Shown here: one piece after another, positions 1-10,213 of the stretch | How positions within the stretch are numbered: position 1 is the stretch's first letter | Layout of the letters: each line of letters opens with the position of its first letter | Assembly (NCBI GenBank): GCA_032718475.1 | Contig: JAUCBJ010007766.1 | Span: 1-32,183 of the forward strand | Length of the DNA stretch: 32,183 bases | Direction: 5' to 3' | Source of the DNA: Nemertoderma westbladi | Taxonomy: Eukaryota; Animalia; Xenacoelomorpha | Made by a program: the position numbers and the translations under genes | The notes under the pieces: generated by a model | Seen by the model: only the letters and a program-made list of their open reading frames with translations | Told to the model about the DNA's origin: nothing | Databases searched by the model: none

Positions 1-1
1 C

Positions 2-3000
2 GTGTCCTGGCTTCATACATCTCCAACAGGAATCTAGAGATCGGATTTGGAGTCTCCTCTCCTCGATCCCCAACTCTTTAAAAGCGCGACATCCACGTAG
101 TTTATGTCCGCTATGGTTTCTGCCGTTCCGCTCGCAGTATGAGCATCCCACAAAGTCCGCCGGCAACTGTTGTCGTGGCTGCGTGGTGCCGATAGGCGTC
201 AGAACTTTAGAAGTCTCAGTAGGGGTGGCGTAAGTAACGGCTTTCGCGTTCGTCGGAAACGGTTTTGTCCGATTCGGCGCAGAAACAGTTATCCCTTCCG
301 CCGCGATATGGTGATCGGTATAGTTCGATCGAGTCTCGATCACGGCCTCCCGTGAAATAAGTTGATAGACATCAGTGAGTTTTAATAACCCTCCGGCCTC
401 TTCGCGTTGGTACTCGATGCGTCGCCATTCTCGTCGTAGTCGATGATGAAGTCGACCGATTATTCGAATGAGAACCGTCGGTGCGTTAGCGTACTCGAGT
501 TGTCCAATGGACCGTAAAGTCCCTATAGCGTTCTTTATTTCGTCCGCGAGTCGTAAAAGGTCGATCGGTCTCGAAATGTTGCCTCCTCTGCAGAGGTCTT
601 CAATAATGGATTTAGCCATGGCGACATTACCGCCGTAAATTGAATACAAACGGTCATATGCCAACTCAAAGGCATCGGGAACACCAATAAAGGTTTCCGC
701 TAATCGTTTCGGCTCACCAGATAGGACTTGGAGCAAGTAATTAAACTTCTCCGTCGAGGTGAAAGCACACTTAGCGATCTGGGACTCTACGTAGTCTACC
801 AGTGTGCGCCAGTGTTTCGCGTTGCCAGAGAACTTCGGCGGTTGCTGTGCCGGTAATCCGTGTCTAGCCGCGAATTTCGCAATCTCGCTAACCAAATCCA
901 ACTGTCCGCGTCCCTGTTCGGCGGCGTCGTCCAGTCGCTCCCTTCCGCGCGTTGTTCGTCGGTAGGAATTATTAACGGGATCTTCTTCTCGATGTGTCGG
1001 AGTCCGTCTAGTCTCCTGTTCTCTCCTCGGTGGTCGATGTTGTCTAGGTTGTTCCAATTCCACGCTGGTTCGTGATCGATCCGACGGTTGCGCTTCGAGT
1101 CGCTCTTCTATCTGAGCTAGTCGGTCCGCTACAGGTCGCATTATTTCGGCGAGTCTGTTGGTGCTAATCGCTTCCGCTGGTTGCAACGTGGGTTTCTGTG
1201 GTGTTTCTCGAGGTGGATTGTCGACGTAGGGATTCGTCGACCTCTCCTCTCGTTTATAATCTTCCGCCGCTCCAGTACGGAATATTTCCCGTTCCGTCGA
1301 CTCCGAGTCACTAGATGAATCGCTGTCGTCCGGATAAGGTGGTTGGCGGGTTCGTGTCCGACGTATTATTCTGGGTCTCGTCCGTTGTGGTCCGGAATCT
1401 ACGGCTCTCCGTTGTTCGGTAGGCTCGCAAGCCTTCCACGAAGTCGTAGGTCTCGCTATACGTTGTCCGATCCCGTGAGTACTACCCACATCCATCCTCC
1501 TTCGTAGTTCGGTAGGCTCGCATGCCTTCCACGAAGTCGTAGGTTGCGTCGAACATTGTGTCAACGGTCGAGTGAAATAGTCGGGTTTCGTAGTCGGTCT
1601 GTAAATAACTGGATTTGCACAGCACGTCACAGGTTTAACTTGTAATGGTTTACTCACCTGTTTAATGGTCATAAACGCAGGTTCCTCTCTTCCTACAAGT
1701 AGACTACGACTTACTGTAGGTGGACTAGTTATGTTACCTGCTAAAATTGGCGATGAAGTCGCCCTAGGTTGCGGTATTTCCGTCACAACAAACCTGTTGC
1801 CTTGCGTCGAACGCACAGGCGTTATTTCCTTAGGTTTCGTAACGAAGACCGGTTTTATCGGAGTCGTGGGTTTGAGCATGGGAATAACTTGGGGAAAACG
1901 TTTACAGTAATCCTCGACGAACTCCTCTCCTCGATCTATCGCTCCCACGCTTCCTTCCTCGATCCGCTTCTGTATTCCGCGATATCGAGCTTCCATACGA
2001 TCCAGGGCAGACAAGTCGTGTCCAGTTCGCGATCTCATAGATCTATCTCTCGCGTCGAGTTCGAGGTCCGCTTGCGCGTTCGCTGTCTCGCGCGATCTAC
2101 GATTCAATTCGAACTGTAGTTGCATCTCCCTTTCGCGTCGATCTGCGTCCTGTTGTTGTGCCGCTAATTCCGCTTCCTGTATAGCTAATCGAGCGTTTAT
2201 TTGCCGCGCCTCCAACTTGGCACGAACGTCGGATGCTGCTTTCTGCCGTGCTAACTCGTCGGCTGCCGCTTCTCGCGCTAAGTCCTCCTCCAGTCTGCGC
2301 ATTTCTGATGTTTCGAATTCAGCTTGCGCCTTGAGTTGTGCAATTCTTGCTTCGTCTTCTCTACGTTGTTTCTCTCCTTCGATGGCGATCTGTGCCATCT
2401 GGTGTCGCGCTTCTTCCTCGGCGACTTGTTGTCGGCGTGCAACCTCCTGTTGTTGTCGAGTAATTCCAGACGCTGTTCTACTAACGTCGCCAACGTCGCC
2501 AACGTCGCTCCGTACGCTAACGAACGATCTATCCAGTGGTGGATGTTGGTAGGCTCGCGAGCCTTCCGTAGTGAGAACTTCCGTCATCCCTCGCGGTCCG
2601 ACTTCCGGTTCGTCGATCGGTACGCCGCATCTACGAAGAAAATTGGTCAGCGTTTCCAACCTTCCGTCCAGGCAGTAGAGTTCTTCTTCCTCTTCGGGTT
2701 GTAACAACGCGTCCGAAACTGACTCACCTAGCAGTTGGTCGAACTGCTCCTGTTGAGCCAAGCTTATTACCGACTTAAACTGGATAAGGCTTTCTCTCGC
2801 ACTTACCAATTTATCTACTATCTTTACCTGAGTAAAGTTGTCGCCACGCAACTCTGCAAGTTCGTGCAAACCTTTAAGTTTATCTACGGAGGCATGTACC
2901 CTACTTTCTATCCTTACCTGTAAGGTGTAGAACTCGTATCTCGACATCGGGGCGGTTAACTCGCGTAAAACGCGAAAACCTTCTCCGAGGTTCCGAGTAA

Positions 3001-3292
3001 TCTGGGCCATGTGTCCTCCTATACTTCTAATAACGTTCTCCTGGCTTCCAGTCGAACTTACCATGTCCGGTTCCCGCGATCTAGTCTGCGGGACGGTAAG
3101 GAAATCTTCGATCCTGCCGTCGCCACGCATTGCGGTTTCCGGTATTTCCGTTCGGGGTACCGGCGACGCAAGCGGTGTGACATCGGTGGAATCTCGGGTT
3201 CTCCTTCTCGGTTCGTCTACTGTCGATCTGTCCGGGTCGCACGAGTCATAGTCGGTAGGTGGGTATCTCGTCGAATGGGGTGTGTCACTCAT
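2..3292 (-). CDS. gag: BEL/Pao Gag(-Pol) polyprotein, N-terminal 1097 codons, open at the window edge
   Basis: Manual translation from ATG at 3292 (MSDTPHSTRY...) has no stop down to position 2; it is absent from the ORF track, presumably because no stop lies in the window. It has an E/R/A/Q-rich coiled coil (~2000-2470), a DUF1759-like core (PPKFSGNAKHWRTLVDYVESQI...EKFNYLLQVLSGEPKRL...AFELAYDRLYSIYG) and Cys/His knuckles (CSYC...H...C, then CWRCMKPGH). Confidence 0.9.
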   Translation of the reverse strand, partial: MSDTPHSTRYPPTDYDSCDPDRSTVDEPRRRTRDSTDVTPLASPVPRTEIPETAMRGDGRIEDFLTVPQTRSREPDMVSSTGSQENVIRSIGGHMAQITRNLGEGFRVLRELTAPMSRYEFYTLQVRIESRVHASVDKLKGLHELAELRGDNFTQVKIVDKLVSARESLIQFKSVISLAQQEQFDQLLGESVSDALLQPEEEEELYCLDGRLETLTNFLRRCGVPIDEPEVGPRGMTEVLTTEGSRAYQHPPLDRSFVSVRSDVGDVGDVSRTASGITRQQQEVARRQQVAEEEARHQMAQIAIEGEKQRREDEARIAQLKAQAEFETSEMRRLEEDLAREAAADELARQKAASDVRAKLEARQINARLAIQEAELAAQQQDADRREREMQLQFELNRRSRETANAQADLELDARDRSMRSRTGHDLSALDRMEARYRGIQKRIEEGSVGAIDRGEEFVEDYCKRFPQVIPMLKPTTPIKPVFVTKPKEITPVRSTQGNRFVVTEIPQPRATSSPILAGNITSPPTVSRSLLVGREEPAFMTIKQVSKPLQVKPVTCCANPVIYRPTTKPDYFTRPLTQCSTQPTTSWKACEPTELRRRMDVGSTHGIGQRIARPTTSWKACEPTEQRRAVDSGPQRTRPRIIRRTRTRQPPYPDDSDSSSDSESTEREIFRTGAAEDYKREERSTNPYVDNPPRETPQKPTLQPAEAISTNRLAEIMRPVADRLAQIEERLEAQPSDRSRTSVELEQPRQHRPPRREQETRRTPTHREEDPVNNSYRRTTRGRERLDDAAEQGRGQLDLVSEIAKFAARHGLPAQQPPKFSGNAKHWRTLVDYVESQIAKCAFTSTEKFNYLLQVLSGEPKRLAETFIGVPDAFELAYDRLYSIYGGNVAMAKSIIEDLCRGGNISRPIDLLRLADEIKNAIGTLRSIGQLEYANAPTVLIRIIGRLHHRLRREWRRIEYQREEAGGLLKLTDVYQLISREAVIETRSNYTDHHIAAEGITVSAPNRTKPFPTNAKAVTYATPTETSKVLTPIGTTQPRQQLPADFVGCSYCERNGRNHSGHKLRGCRAFKELGIEERRLQIRSLDSCWRCMKPGH

Positions 3293-5801
3293 GTCTTATT
3301 ATATACGTCAAGTACGGGTAATAAAATGTCAAGTGTCTGAATGTTGAAGTGTCAAACTTACCTTGGTATATATAGTATCTATATACCCTAACCGGTACAA
3401 ATAAATCAACAAGTCAGAATGTCGAAATGTCAAAATGTCGAAATGTACAAATGTCAAACTTACCTTGATATATATATATATCATATATATACCCTAACCG
3501 GTACAAATAAAACTAACAAGGTATATAATAAAAATAAGTAGTAATCTAGCCTACCGGCTAAATTTGTACGAATAAGTGAGATAACGGTATACGTTAACAA
3601 AATATAGATCAACAAGTATAAACAATAGGCCAAACAGCAACGTCTAACGGGAAAATAAGTACCAACAACACTACTAATAGACAGTGAAACCCACAAATTT
3701 TGAGTACTACTGTGCTTTCTTAAGTTTGAACGACGCGAGTCGTAAAACTTACGTTCCTTTGATCTTCCAGTCGTACAAATTCCCAAATACAAACCGGATG
3801 TGGGTCTTTCCGTTTTTCGGCGGCGCGGACGAATTTATTGTCTCCCAAACTTTGCGAAAAGCGGTCTAATCCTCGAAGCGGTCCAGAAATGAGTCCTTGA
3901 GTCCTGAAAAGGTCGAAGGTGAGAGTTTTACTTCTACGCTTACGAAAAATCTTCCTAGGTACCGATACAAATTGGTCTTTAAACCCTATGTAACTTTTCA
4001 AGTACCGAAAAGTAACACCGCACACACACGGCGTAAAACAAAGTGCTACAAACTAACTGTTAGCTAGTCAAATATTAAATACAAAAGTACTAGCTACCCT
4101 AAAAGCCTACTGAAGCAGGGGACGTTCTAAATTACTAAATTTACTAACCTTAATTTTTAAATATCTCCTACTTTCAATAGCTAACAATTCTAAACTAAAG
4201 GAAAATAATACTTCCTACTGTGAGGGTCCAGTAGTATACCGCTTACCAGATCCTAGTAACGATGTATCTTACTATGAGACTCTAGTAATGTATACGGGCT
4301 TGTACAGTATCTGACAACAAATCCCAGTCCAGGATATCTAAACAAACAGATATAGTACACAAACGACTACTGGCGAGGAACAGAGCCTTGTATCTATTCT
4401 ATGTACGTGAGCGGGTCTAATGCCTACGTACTAGACAGAAGGATACCTGTCCTCTAACCGGTGAGGCAGATGTACAGTTACAGTAACAGACCAAACTCAC
4501 GGGAAAACAATCCCCGCGCAGCGAATCCTAACTATCACTGACAGTCCTAAATACAGTAACTTGCCGCGGTGTGATTTATATGGTTTATATACGAGCTAGT
4601 GGGTTAACAGACCTAGCGTAACAACACTGACAGTCCTGAATCAGTCGAAAAGGGGTCGTGCCTAAATGTAACAATAACTGATCCCCCTGTACGAAATCAG
4701 TCTAAAGGGTCAGGCCTAAATGTAACAATACCGTTGTCCAGACAAACAACAGTTTAATAACGAAAGTGAAATACTCCTTATCGCCGCAACTAAATCAGAT
4801 CCTAATTTTACAAATACAAATAATTTCCACCTAAAGTAATGTATAGTACGCTATAGCTAGTAGAACTTTAAGGGCGATATGTTTTAGGGCGTGTGTGTGT
4901 GGGTGTGTTACAAATAAAACAATTTCGTGTAATTCCTTTTACTAGGTTTTAGTGATTTTCTGACTAAAATGATACCGTGCGCTAGCTACTAAAATAAACT
5001 AGTCGCGTTTGTAGAACTTTATACTCACGAATGACGTCAAAGCTCTCTCCTTCCTATCCACAACCCAATGGGCAACCACAGTGTTAGTAACTACACCCGT
5101 GATCGGCACTAATACCAGATTCTGGTTGTAAGATAAGAATAGGGGTTAATCGCTACCGTACGTTAGCTGATCTGGTATACTAATTTAATTCTAGAACTTT
5201 GTTGCTGCGGTAGTTAGCAGCAATACCTATCAGTACGTGGCAAGGCGCGGTAGGATATTAATAAAACCTCCCTAGGCCAAGCAGTGTGCCGGTAGCAGAA
5301 ATACTCCTTGCCTGATCAAATAGCTAACTCCAGACAGGGGGGGGGGGGGGGGGTACTAATGTACGTTCTACAAAGCGAACCGGTACCAAACAGTCAGTGC
5401 TATGAATCACTAAATTATGGAACGTATGCTGTCCGTGCCTAATGTGTACTCGCGTACTGACGAATGGCAATAGTTCGCACCTGTAGGAAGTACAGGTTAA
5501 CCCAGGGATTCGTAGGACTTGACAAAGGGGGGGTGTCTGGATATAATTATTTGATCCTAAATTTGCGGCGTCCAGTACGGTGTCACGCTTACCCTGATCT
5601 ATAGGTCTTACGGCGGGCAAGGGCGTCGAACAAAGTCTTACCTTCTCACAAAGCGGGCGCTGCATAGCAAGTGGAGTATTTCGAAGGGGCAAAGGGGGTG
5701 CGCGGTCAATCCAATGTGGGCGCTAGCGTGTTGTGGACATCCCTTCCCTGCGTTGCTTACGGCCTAACGGTCTAGGCTGCCATCTCCCTGATGTTCGGCT
5801 G

Positions 5802-5817
5802 TCCCGAAGTCGGACCA
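5802..5817 (-). promoter_or_regulatory. Primer-binding site, probably tRNA-Tyr
   Basis: Minus strand reads TGGTCCGACTTCGGGA, complementary to a tRNA 3' end ...AAGTCGGA-CCA. G72/A73 fits eukaryotic tRNA-Tyr, a common BEL primer. It lies 10 nt inside the proposed LTR end. Confidence 0.75.
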
Positions 5818-5827
5818 AAGGAAAACA

Positions 5828-6409
5828 TGTCAGGAAATTGCAGTATATTTACAGTTTTACAAAAGGATTTATCAAATAAAGTTTCAACAAGAAACCGAAT
5901 TAACTAATTTTACAAGAATAAACGATAATAACATCAGGTATGTAACATTCATAGAAGGTTTGGTACTGAGAGTGATAACCGAAGGCAAACCGGCCTTTTT
6001 ATACTAGAAATTGCACATGGAAACTAAACAGAATTTTCCACAGCTTCACCATTGAGCAATGAAGTGCTTCGTGCTCTATGATTGGCCCAGCTCATCGTTC
6101 AACGCAGTCCGGCCCTTACACTAAATCTGGGACATGGAATCCTAACAGAATTTTCCACTGCCTCACATTTGAGCAATAAGATAATTTATGCCCTATGATT
6201 GGCCTGGCTCATCATTCGCTACGCTGTACGCTTCTCATTGGCCTACCAATTAGCACCACACGAAAATAAATGGCCCCAAAATACAAATTTCCCGACTGGG
6301 ATTCGAACTCGTAACCTACGTAATGTAACCAACGCCTTAACCATCTGACCACTACGCCACGAGAGTACCTAAGGGTTTTATGTGTACAAATATGAATAGG
6401 CATATTACA
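5828..6409 (-). repeat. Putative 5' LTR (~582 bp)
   Basis: Minus strand starts TGTAAT (6409) and ends ...CCTGACA (5828), just before the PBS. It has a TATAAAA box at ~5997-6003 (-), an imperfect ~75-bp direct repeat (~6027-6100 and ~6143-6217) and several CCAAT motifs. Confidence 0.65.
6288..6358 (-). ncRNA. tRNA-derived Pol III promoter-like segment (not a functional tRNA)
   Basis: GGCGTAG-TGGTCAGATGG-TTAAGGCG...GAGTTCGAATCC has A-box-like and B-box motifs at tRNA spacing. The acceptor and anticodon stems do not pair. Confidence 0.65.
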
Positions 6410-6539
6410 TTACTGTAACTTAATCAAAATACGTCGGATTTTCAAAAGTTTTTACGTTAAAGTTAAACTACAAATGCTACCTTATAGTGAAATAATTCAT
6501 CAGCCAGATCATTGCTACTTGTATTTTTCGGCGTAATTT

Positions 6540-7310
6540 GGCAATTTTTGGTGCTAGCACCAAATTTCGTACCCATCACCAAAAAAGTACAAGTTTGCGA
6601 TGTCCAGTGCTGTTTTTATTGATTCCATCGGATTCAGGACACTCATAAACCCGTATAACGCAAGAAACAAGGTGATACTATCTACTGATCAATTTGCATA
6701 TTTTCCAAAATTTGGTACTGGCACAACAATTTTCACCCACCGGCGAAAAATACAAGTTTGAGAACTCTTATGAAATTTTTACTTATTCCATTGAATTCAG
6801 AACCATCACAAACCCGTATAACGCAAGAAACAAGGTGACACAATCAATTGATATATTTGATGGTTTTCAAAATTTGGTGCTAGCACCACATTTTGCACCC
6901 ACATCCGAAAAATGCAAGTTTTAGATGTCTAGTTCGATAATTATATATTCCATTGAATTCAGAACAGCCATAAACCTCTAAAACGCAAGAAATAAATTGT
7001 CACAAGCTATTTTATCTATTGAATGCATTTTCAAAATTTCGTGCTAGCACCAAAATTTGCACACAGCACCGAAAAATACCAGTTTGATACGCTTGGTGCA
7101 ACTCGTATATATTTTATCGAATCCAGAACCCCAAAAAACCCAAATTGCGTAAAAAACAAGTTTCAAACAATCAATTTACAAAATTGACATATTTCAAAAT
7201 TTGATGCTGGCACCAAAATTTGGCACCCACCGAAAAAAACAATTTTGAAATTTCTAAATCAATTTATATGAATTCCATCCAATTTCTAACACCAAAAAAC
7301 CAGTGTAAAT
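6540..7310. repeat. Diverged tandem array, ~163-bp unit, ~5 copies, probably subterminal repeats of a DNA transposon
   Basis: The palindromic core TTGGTGCTAGCACCAA recurs near 6548, 6711, 6873, 7039 and 7201. Each is followed by ATTCCAT..AATTCAG and AAACCCGTATAACGCAAGAAA-like motifs. Confidence 0.85.
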
Positions 7311-7534
7311 AAAAAATAGAGATGTTACAATTCATATGTAATGAAATGTAATTTTCAAAAAACGTCTCAAAAAAAGTGCCAAAAGTAGGGTTAAAAAATG
7401 GTGCTATAACTCGAAAAGTACCCAATATTTTTGAAAACGGTTTTCACTACTAGGAAGACAATAGATTTTTAGGAAAAGTAATAAAATTTCAGATTCCCAA
7501 CTGCGTTTGTTTCAGAATTATAATAAAAAAACCA

Positions 7535-7585
7535 CGGGGGGGGGGGGGTCATATTGACCCCCCCCCGGGTTTGGTTCGGGCTGAA
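7535..7585. mobile_element. Possible decayed terminus of a piggyBac-like non-autonomous element
   Basis: A G-run-GTCATATTGAC-C-run palindrome followed by ...GGTTCGGG and a degraded TTAA. A similar end-like motif occurs at ~15275-15312. No partner TIR was found. Confidence 0.3.
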
Positions 7586-8190
7586 GGGCCACTTTTGTAT
7601 ATCAAAAGTGGCCCTATTGCGACTTGGGGGGTATTAAAAAGTGGCCCTTTAGCCCCTTTTTGGCCCTTTAGCCCGAAACCGCAAACGGGCTTGGATGGCC
7701 CTTTGTGTATATCCTTCCTCTAAAAAGTTATGCACCTTCATTTTATTACTAAATGAAAACACAATTTTCGGGCCACTTACCAAAATGTATAAAATGGAAT
7801 TAGGGCCAAAAAAGTCAAAAGGGCCAAAATTTGCCAAAATTGGCCCTCTTACTGTCTGGAATAATATATCATTGGCCCGAACTGAGCTTACTATATAGTG
7901 AAGAAAGAAAGGGCCATAACAGGCCCTATTTGATGTGACTTCATATGAAATTTATCAAATTAGTTGAGAAGGAAACGGGCCGAACTGAAAATGAGATAAA
8001 TAACATTAGGGCCATTATACAGTGGCCCTTTTGAATCCAATTAGATCCTACAAATAAACTGAGCTGAGAATTTGAGTGGCCCACTTGTTTCAAAATTGAT
8101 TTATTAAATAAAATGACCCGAAGAAGGGGCCATTTTTACTATCATAAAGAATGAGATTAACAACATTAGGGCCATAAATATACATTGATT
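7585..8190. repeat. GGGCC/GGCCC-rich repeat related to the 10214-12068 array (possibly Helentron/HINE-like)
   Basis: Dense GGGCC/GGCCC motifs and a perfect 13-bp hairpin at 7585-7615. Segment ~8005-8185 matches blocks in the ~670-bp units (e.g. TTTACTATCATAAAGAATGAGAT...CATTAGGGCCA). Family assignment is an inference. Confidence 0.55.
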
Positions 8191-8332
8191 AAAATGGGGG
8201 GAGGGGGTGTCATGTGGTTAATTCTATAGAACTAAATCTTAGAACTTTCTTGTTTATTGTAATAATATTATTTTCTATTTAGTTATTTATTTAATTTATT
8301 GATACAAAGGTTGATGGACTTGTTAGCATTCA

Positions 8333-9315
8333 CCCTTTCGGTACCATGGCACATACGTCTGATCCATGGGTAGAGCGCCTTGACACATACGTCTGTTCCG
8401 TGACATTTATTCGATTTCTAAGAAGGGAAAATGTTGCTGGACTATTAAGTACATGCTTCTATATGTTAGCGGCGCATTTCAGCTTGTATCTACTGTAATT
8501 TAACTACGGTACGCCTACTGCAGACCTGCTTACAGACTGCCAGGCTGCAGCAATAAGGTAAACCGTGTTGTTAGTTTTCAAATTTGACAGACTGACCGTC
8601 AGACCAGACCGACAGATATATTTTTTTGACGGACAGACTGACAGACAGTCGACAGACAGACCGACAGACTGTCTGGATAGGGTAAAAGGTGAAAACTGAC
8701 AGCGGAAATGAAATCCTTGTCCAGGAAAACCCCCATAGCGATAATTTTAATTAGCTAATGTAATTCCTTATATTTTTGACGGACAGACTGACCGACAGAC
8801 AGACAGACCGACAGACAGACTGGATATGGTGAAAAGTTAAAACTGACCTCGGAAATGAAATTCTTGACCAGGAAAACCCCCATAGCGATAATTTTAATTA
8901 GCTAATGTAATTCCTTATATTTTTGACGGACAGACTGACCGACAGACAGACCGACAGACAGACTGGATAGGGTGAAAAGTTAAAACTGACCTCGGAAATG
9001 AAATCCTTGACCAGGAAAACCCCCTTAGCGAGAATTTTAATTAGCTAATGCGATTCCTTATATTTTTGACGGACAGACTGACAGATAGACCGACAGACAG
9101 ACTGACAGACAGTCTGGATAGGGTCAAAAGTGAAAACTGACAGCGGAAATGAAATCCTTGAGCAGGAAACCCCTATAGGGAGAATGTTAGTAGATTTTAC
9201 TATTTCTAAAGTCTTGACAGACAAACTGACAGAAAGACAGACAGACTTCAGAAATTCATGAATTAGACTTGGGCACTTGGGGATTTGAATAATTTCCAGT
9301 TAGGTACCGAAAGGG
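8333..9315. mobile_element. Non-autonomous piggyBac-type element (983 bp)
   Basis: Perfect 13-bp TIRs CCCTTTCGGTACC (8333-8345) and GGTACCGAAAGGG (9303-9315). Flanks are TTCA on the left (mutated TTAA) and TTAA on the right. No ORF. Confidence 0.85.
8618..9185. repeat. Internal tandem array, 143-150 bp unit x4, with a (GACA/GACC)n microsatellite
   Basis: ATATTTTTGACGGACAGACTGAC recurs near 8620, 8770, 8917 and 9060, each followed by CTGGATAGGGT...CGGAAATGAAATCCTTG. Confidence 0.92.
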
Positions 9316-9389
9316 TTAAAAGCTAACAAAAGCTAGGTTCACCCAGCATTCACCAACCGCACCGCTTAACCGTAGACCGAGACCCGCAT

Positions 9390-9638
9390 ATAAAACGGAG
9401 TATTGAACAACTGACTATATTAAATGGGGTATCTAAAAGCTAAAACAACTGACTATATTAAATGGGGTATCTAAAAGCTAAAACAACTGACTATATTAAA
9501 CGGGGTATTTAAAAGCTAAAACAACTGACTATATTAAACGGAGTATCTAAAAGCTAAAACAACTGACTTTTCAACAGAGTATCTAAAAGCTAAAACAACT
9601 GACTATATTAAACGGAGTATCTAAAAGCTAAAACAACT
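9390..9638. repeat. 38-bp minisatellite, ~6.5 copies
   Basis: Unit AACAACTGACTATATTAAAYGGRGTATCTAAAAGCTAA. CTGAC starts at 9411, 9449, 9487, 9525, 9563 and 9599. Confidence 0.95.
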
Positions 9639-9719
9639 AATATACAAATATACAAATATAACTAATAAATAAATATAACTAATATACAAATAGCTACCCA
9701 ACAGTGAAATATTTCCACA

Positions 9720-10072
9720 AAATATTCGAGAACACAAAATCATTTTAACATTGAATAAGGCAGCATCAGGAGTTGAAGAGTACAATAATTTGAATCGCAG
9801 TAACAATGGAAGCAATATAGTAAAATACTACAGTTAAATTTATTTTGTAGCACTACTGTACTTTAGTATATCGCTATGTTTTATTAAAGAATTTAGCAAC
9901 AAAAAAGTATAAATTTAAGAATAAAGTTACGTATTACATGGGAAAAAAACGTAGAACATTTTTTTTTCAATATTCTCTCGACCCTTTATTAACCCGATGC
10001 TCAGTAAATAAAATGCCTTGAGAATAATGAAAAAAAAATTCTACTTTTTTTACCATGTAATAAATAATTATT
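9720..10072. mobile_element. Dispersed repeat with foldback end (MITE-like, possibly Crypton-like); second copy inverted at 24641-24903
   Basis: AAGGCAGCATCAGGAGTTG...GAGTACAATAATTT...AATCGCAGTAAC matches the reverse complement of ~24690-24903. An imperfect ~45-bp inverted repeat (TATTACATGG...GTAGAA / TTCTAC...CCATGTAATA) spans 9932-10062. Confidence 0.7.
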
Positions 10073-10213
10073 TTGTAGCACCAATTCACATCCCCTGTGT
10101 CGGGATCAAGAGTAGTTATTTCGCGTTCGCGGATCTGAGCTGTGATGGCCCGCTTTGTTGACTTCTTTCGACCCCGTAGAGTAGCCTCGGCGACAAACTC
10201 ACCAATAATTTCT

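Larger units (their letters stand above)
1..6409 (-). mobile_element. BEL/Pao LTR retrotransposon, 5' portion (5' LTR, PBS, long leader, gag); continues beyond the left edge
   Basis: Long minus-strand ORF with a BEL-type gag core and Zn knuckles, a PBS next to a TG...CA-bounded segment, and higher GC than the flanks. The 3' LTR is outside the window, so LTR ends and TSD cannot be confirmed. Confidence 0.88.

Noticed and set aside
170-3340. Many short ORFs in the track over the gag region, nearly all on the plus strand
   Set aside because: They are antisense or off-frame shadows of the long minus-strand gag ORF.
5336-5354. Long G/C homopolymers (also ~7537, 15293, 17387, 19083, 30926, 31774) as functional G-quadruplexes
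   Set aside because: They occur in unrelated contexts and their lengths are error-prone; nothing supports a function.
6288-6358. Functional tRNA gene
   Set aside because: Acceptor and anticodon stems do not pair; only the promoter boxes remain.
9390-9638. 38-bp repeats (and the 44-bp repeats at 18534-18831) as a CRISPR array
   Set aside because: Units are head-to-tail with no unique spacers, there are no cas genes, and the context is eukaryotic.
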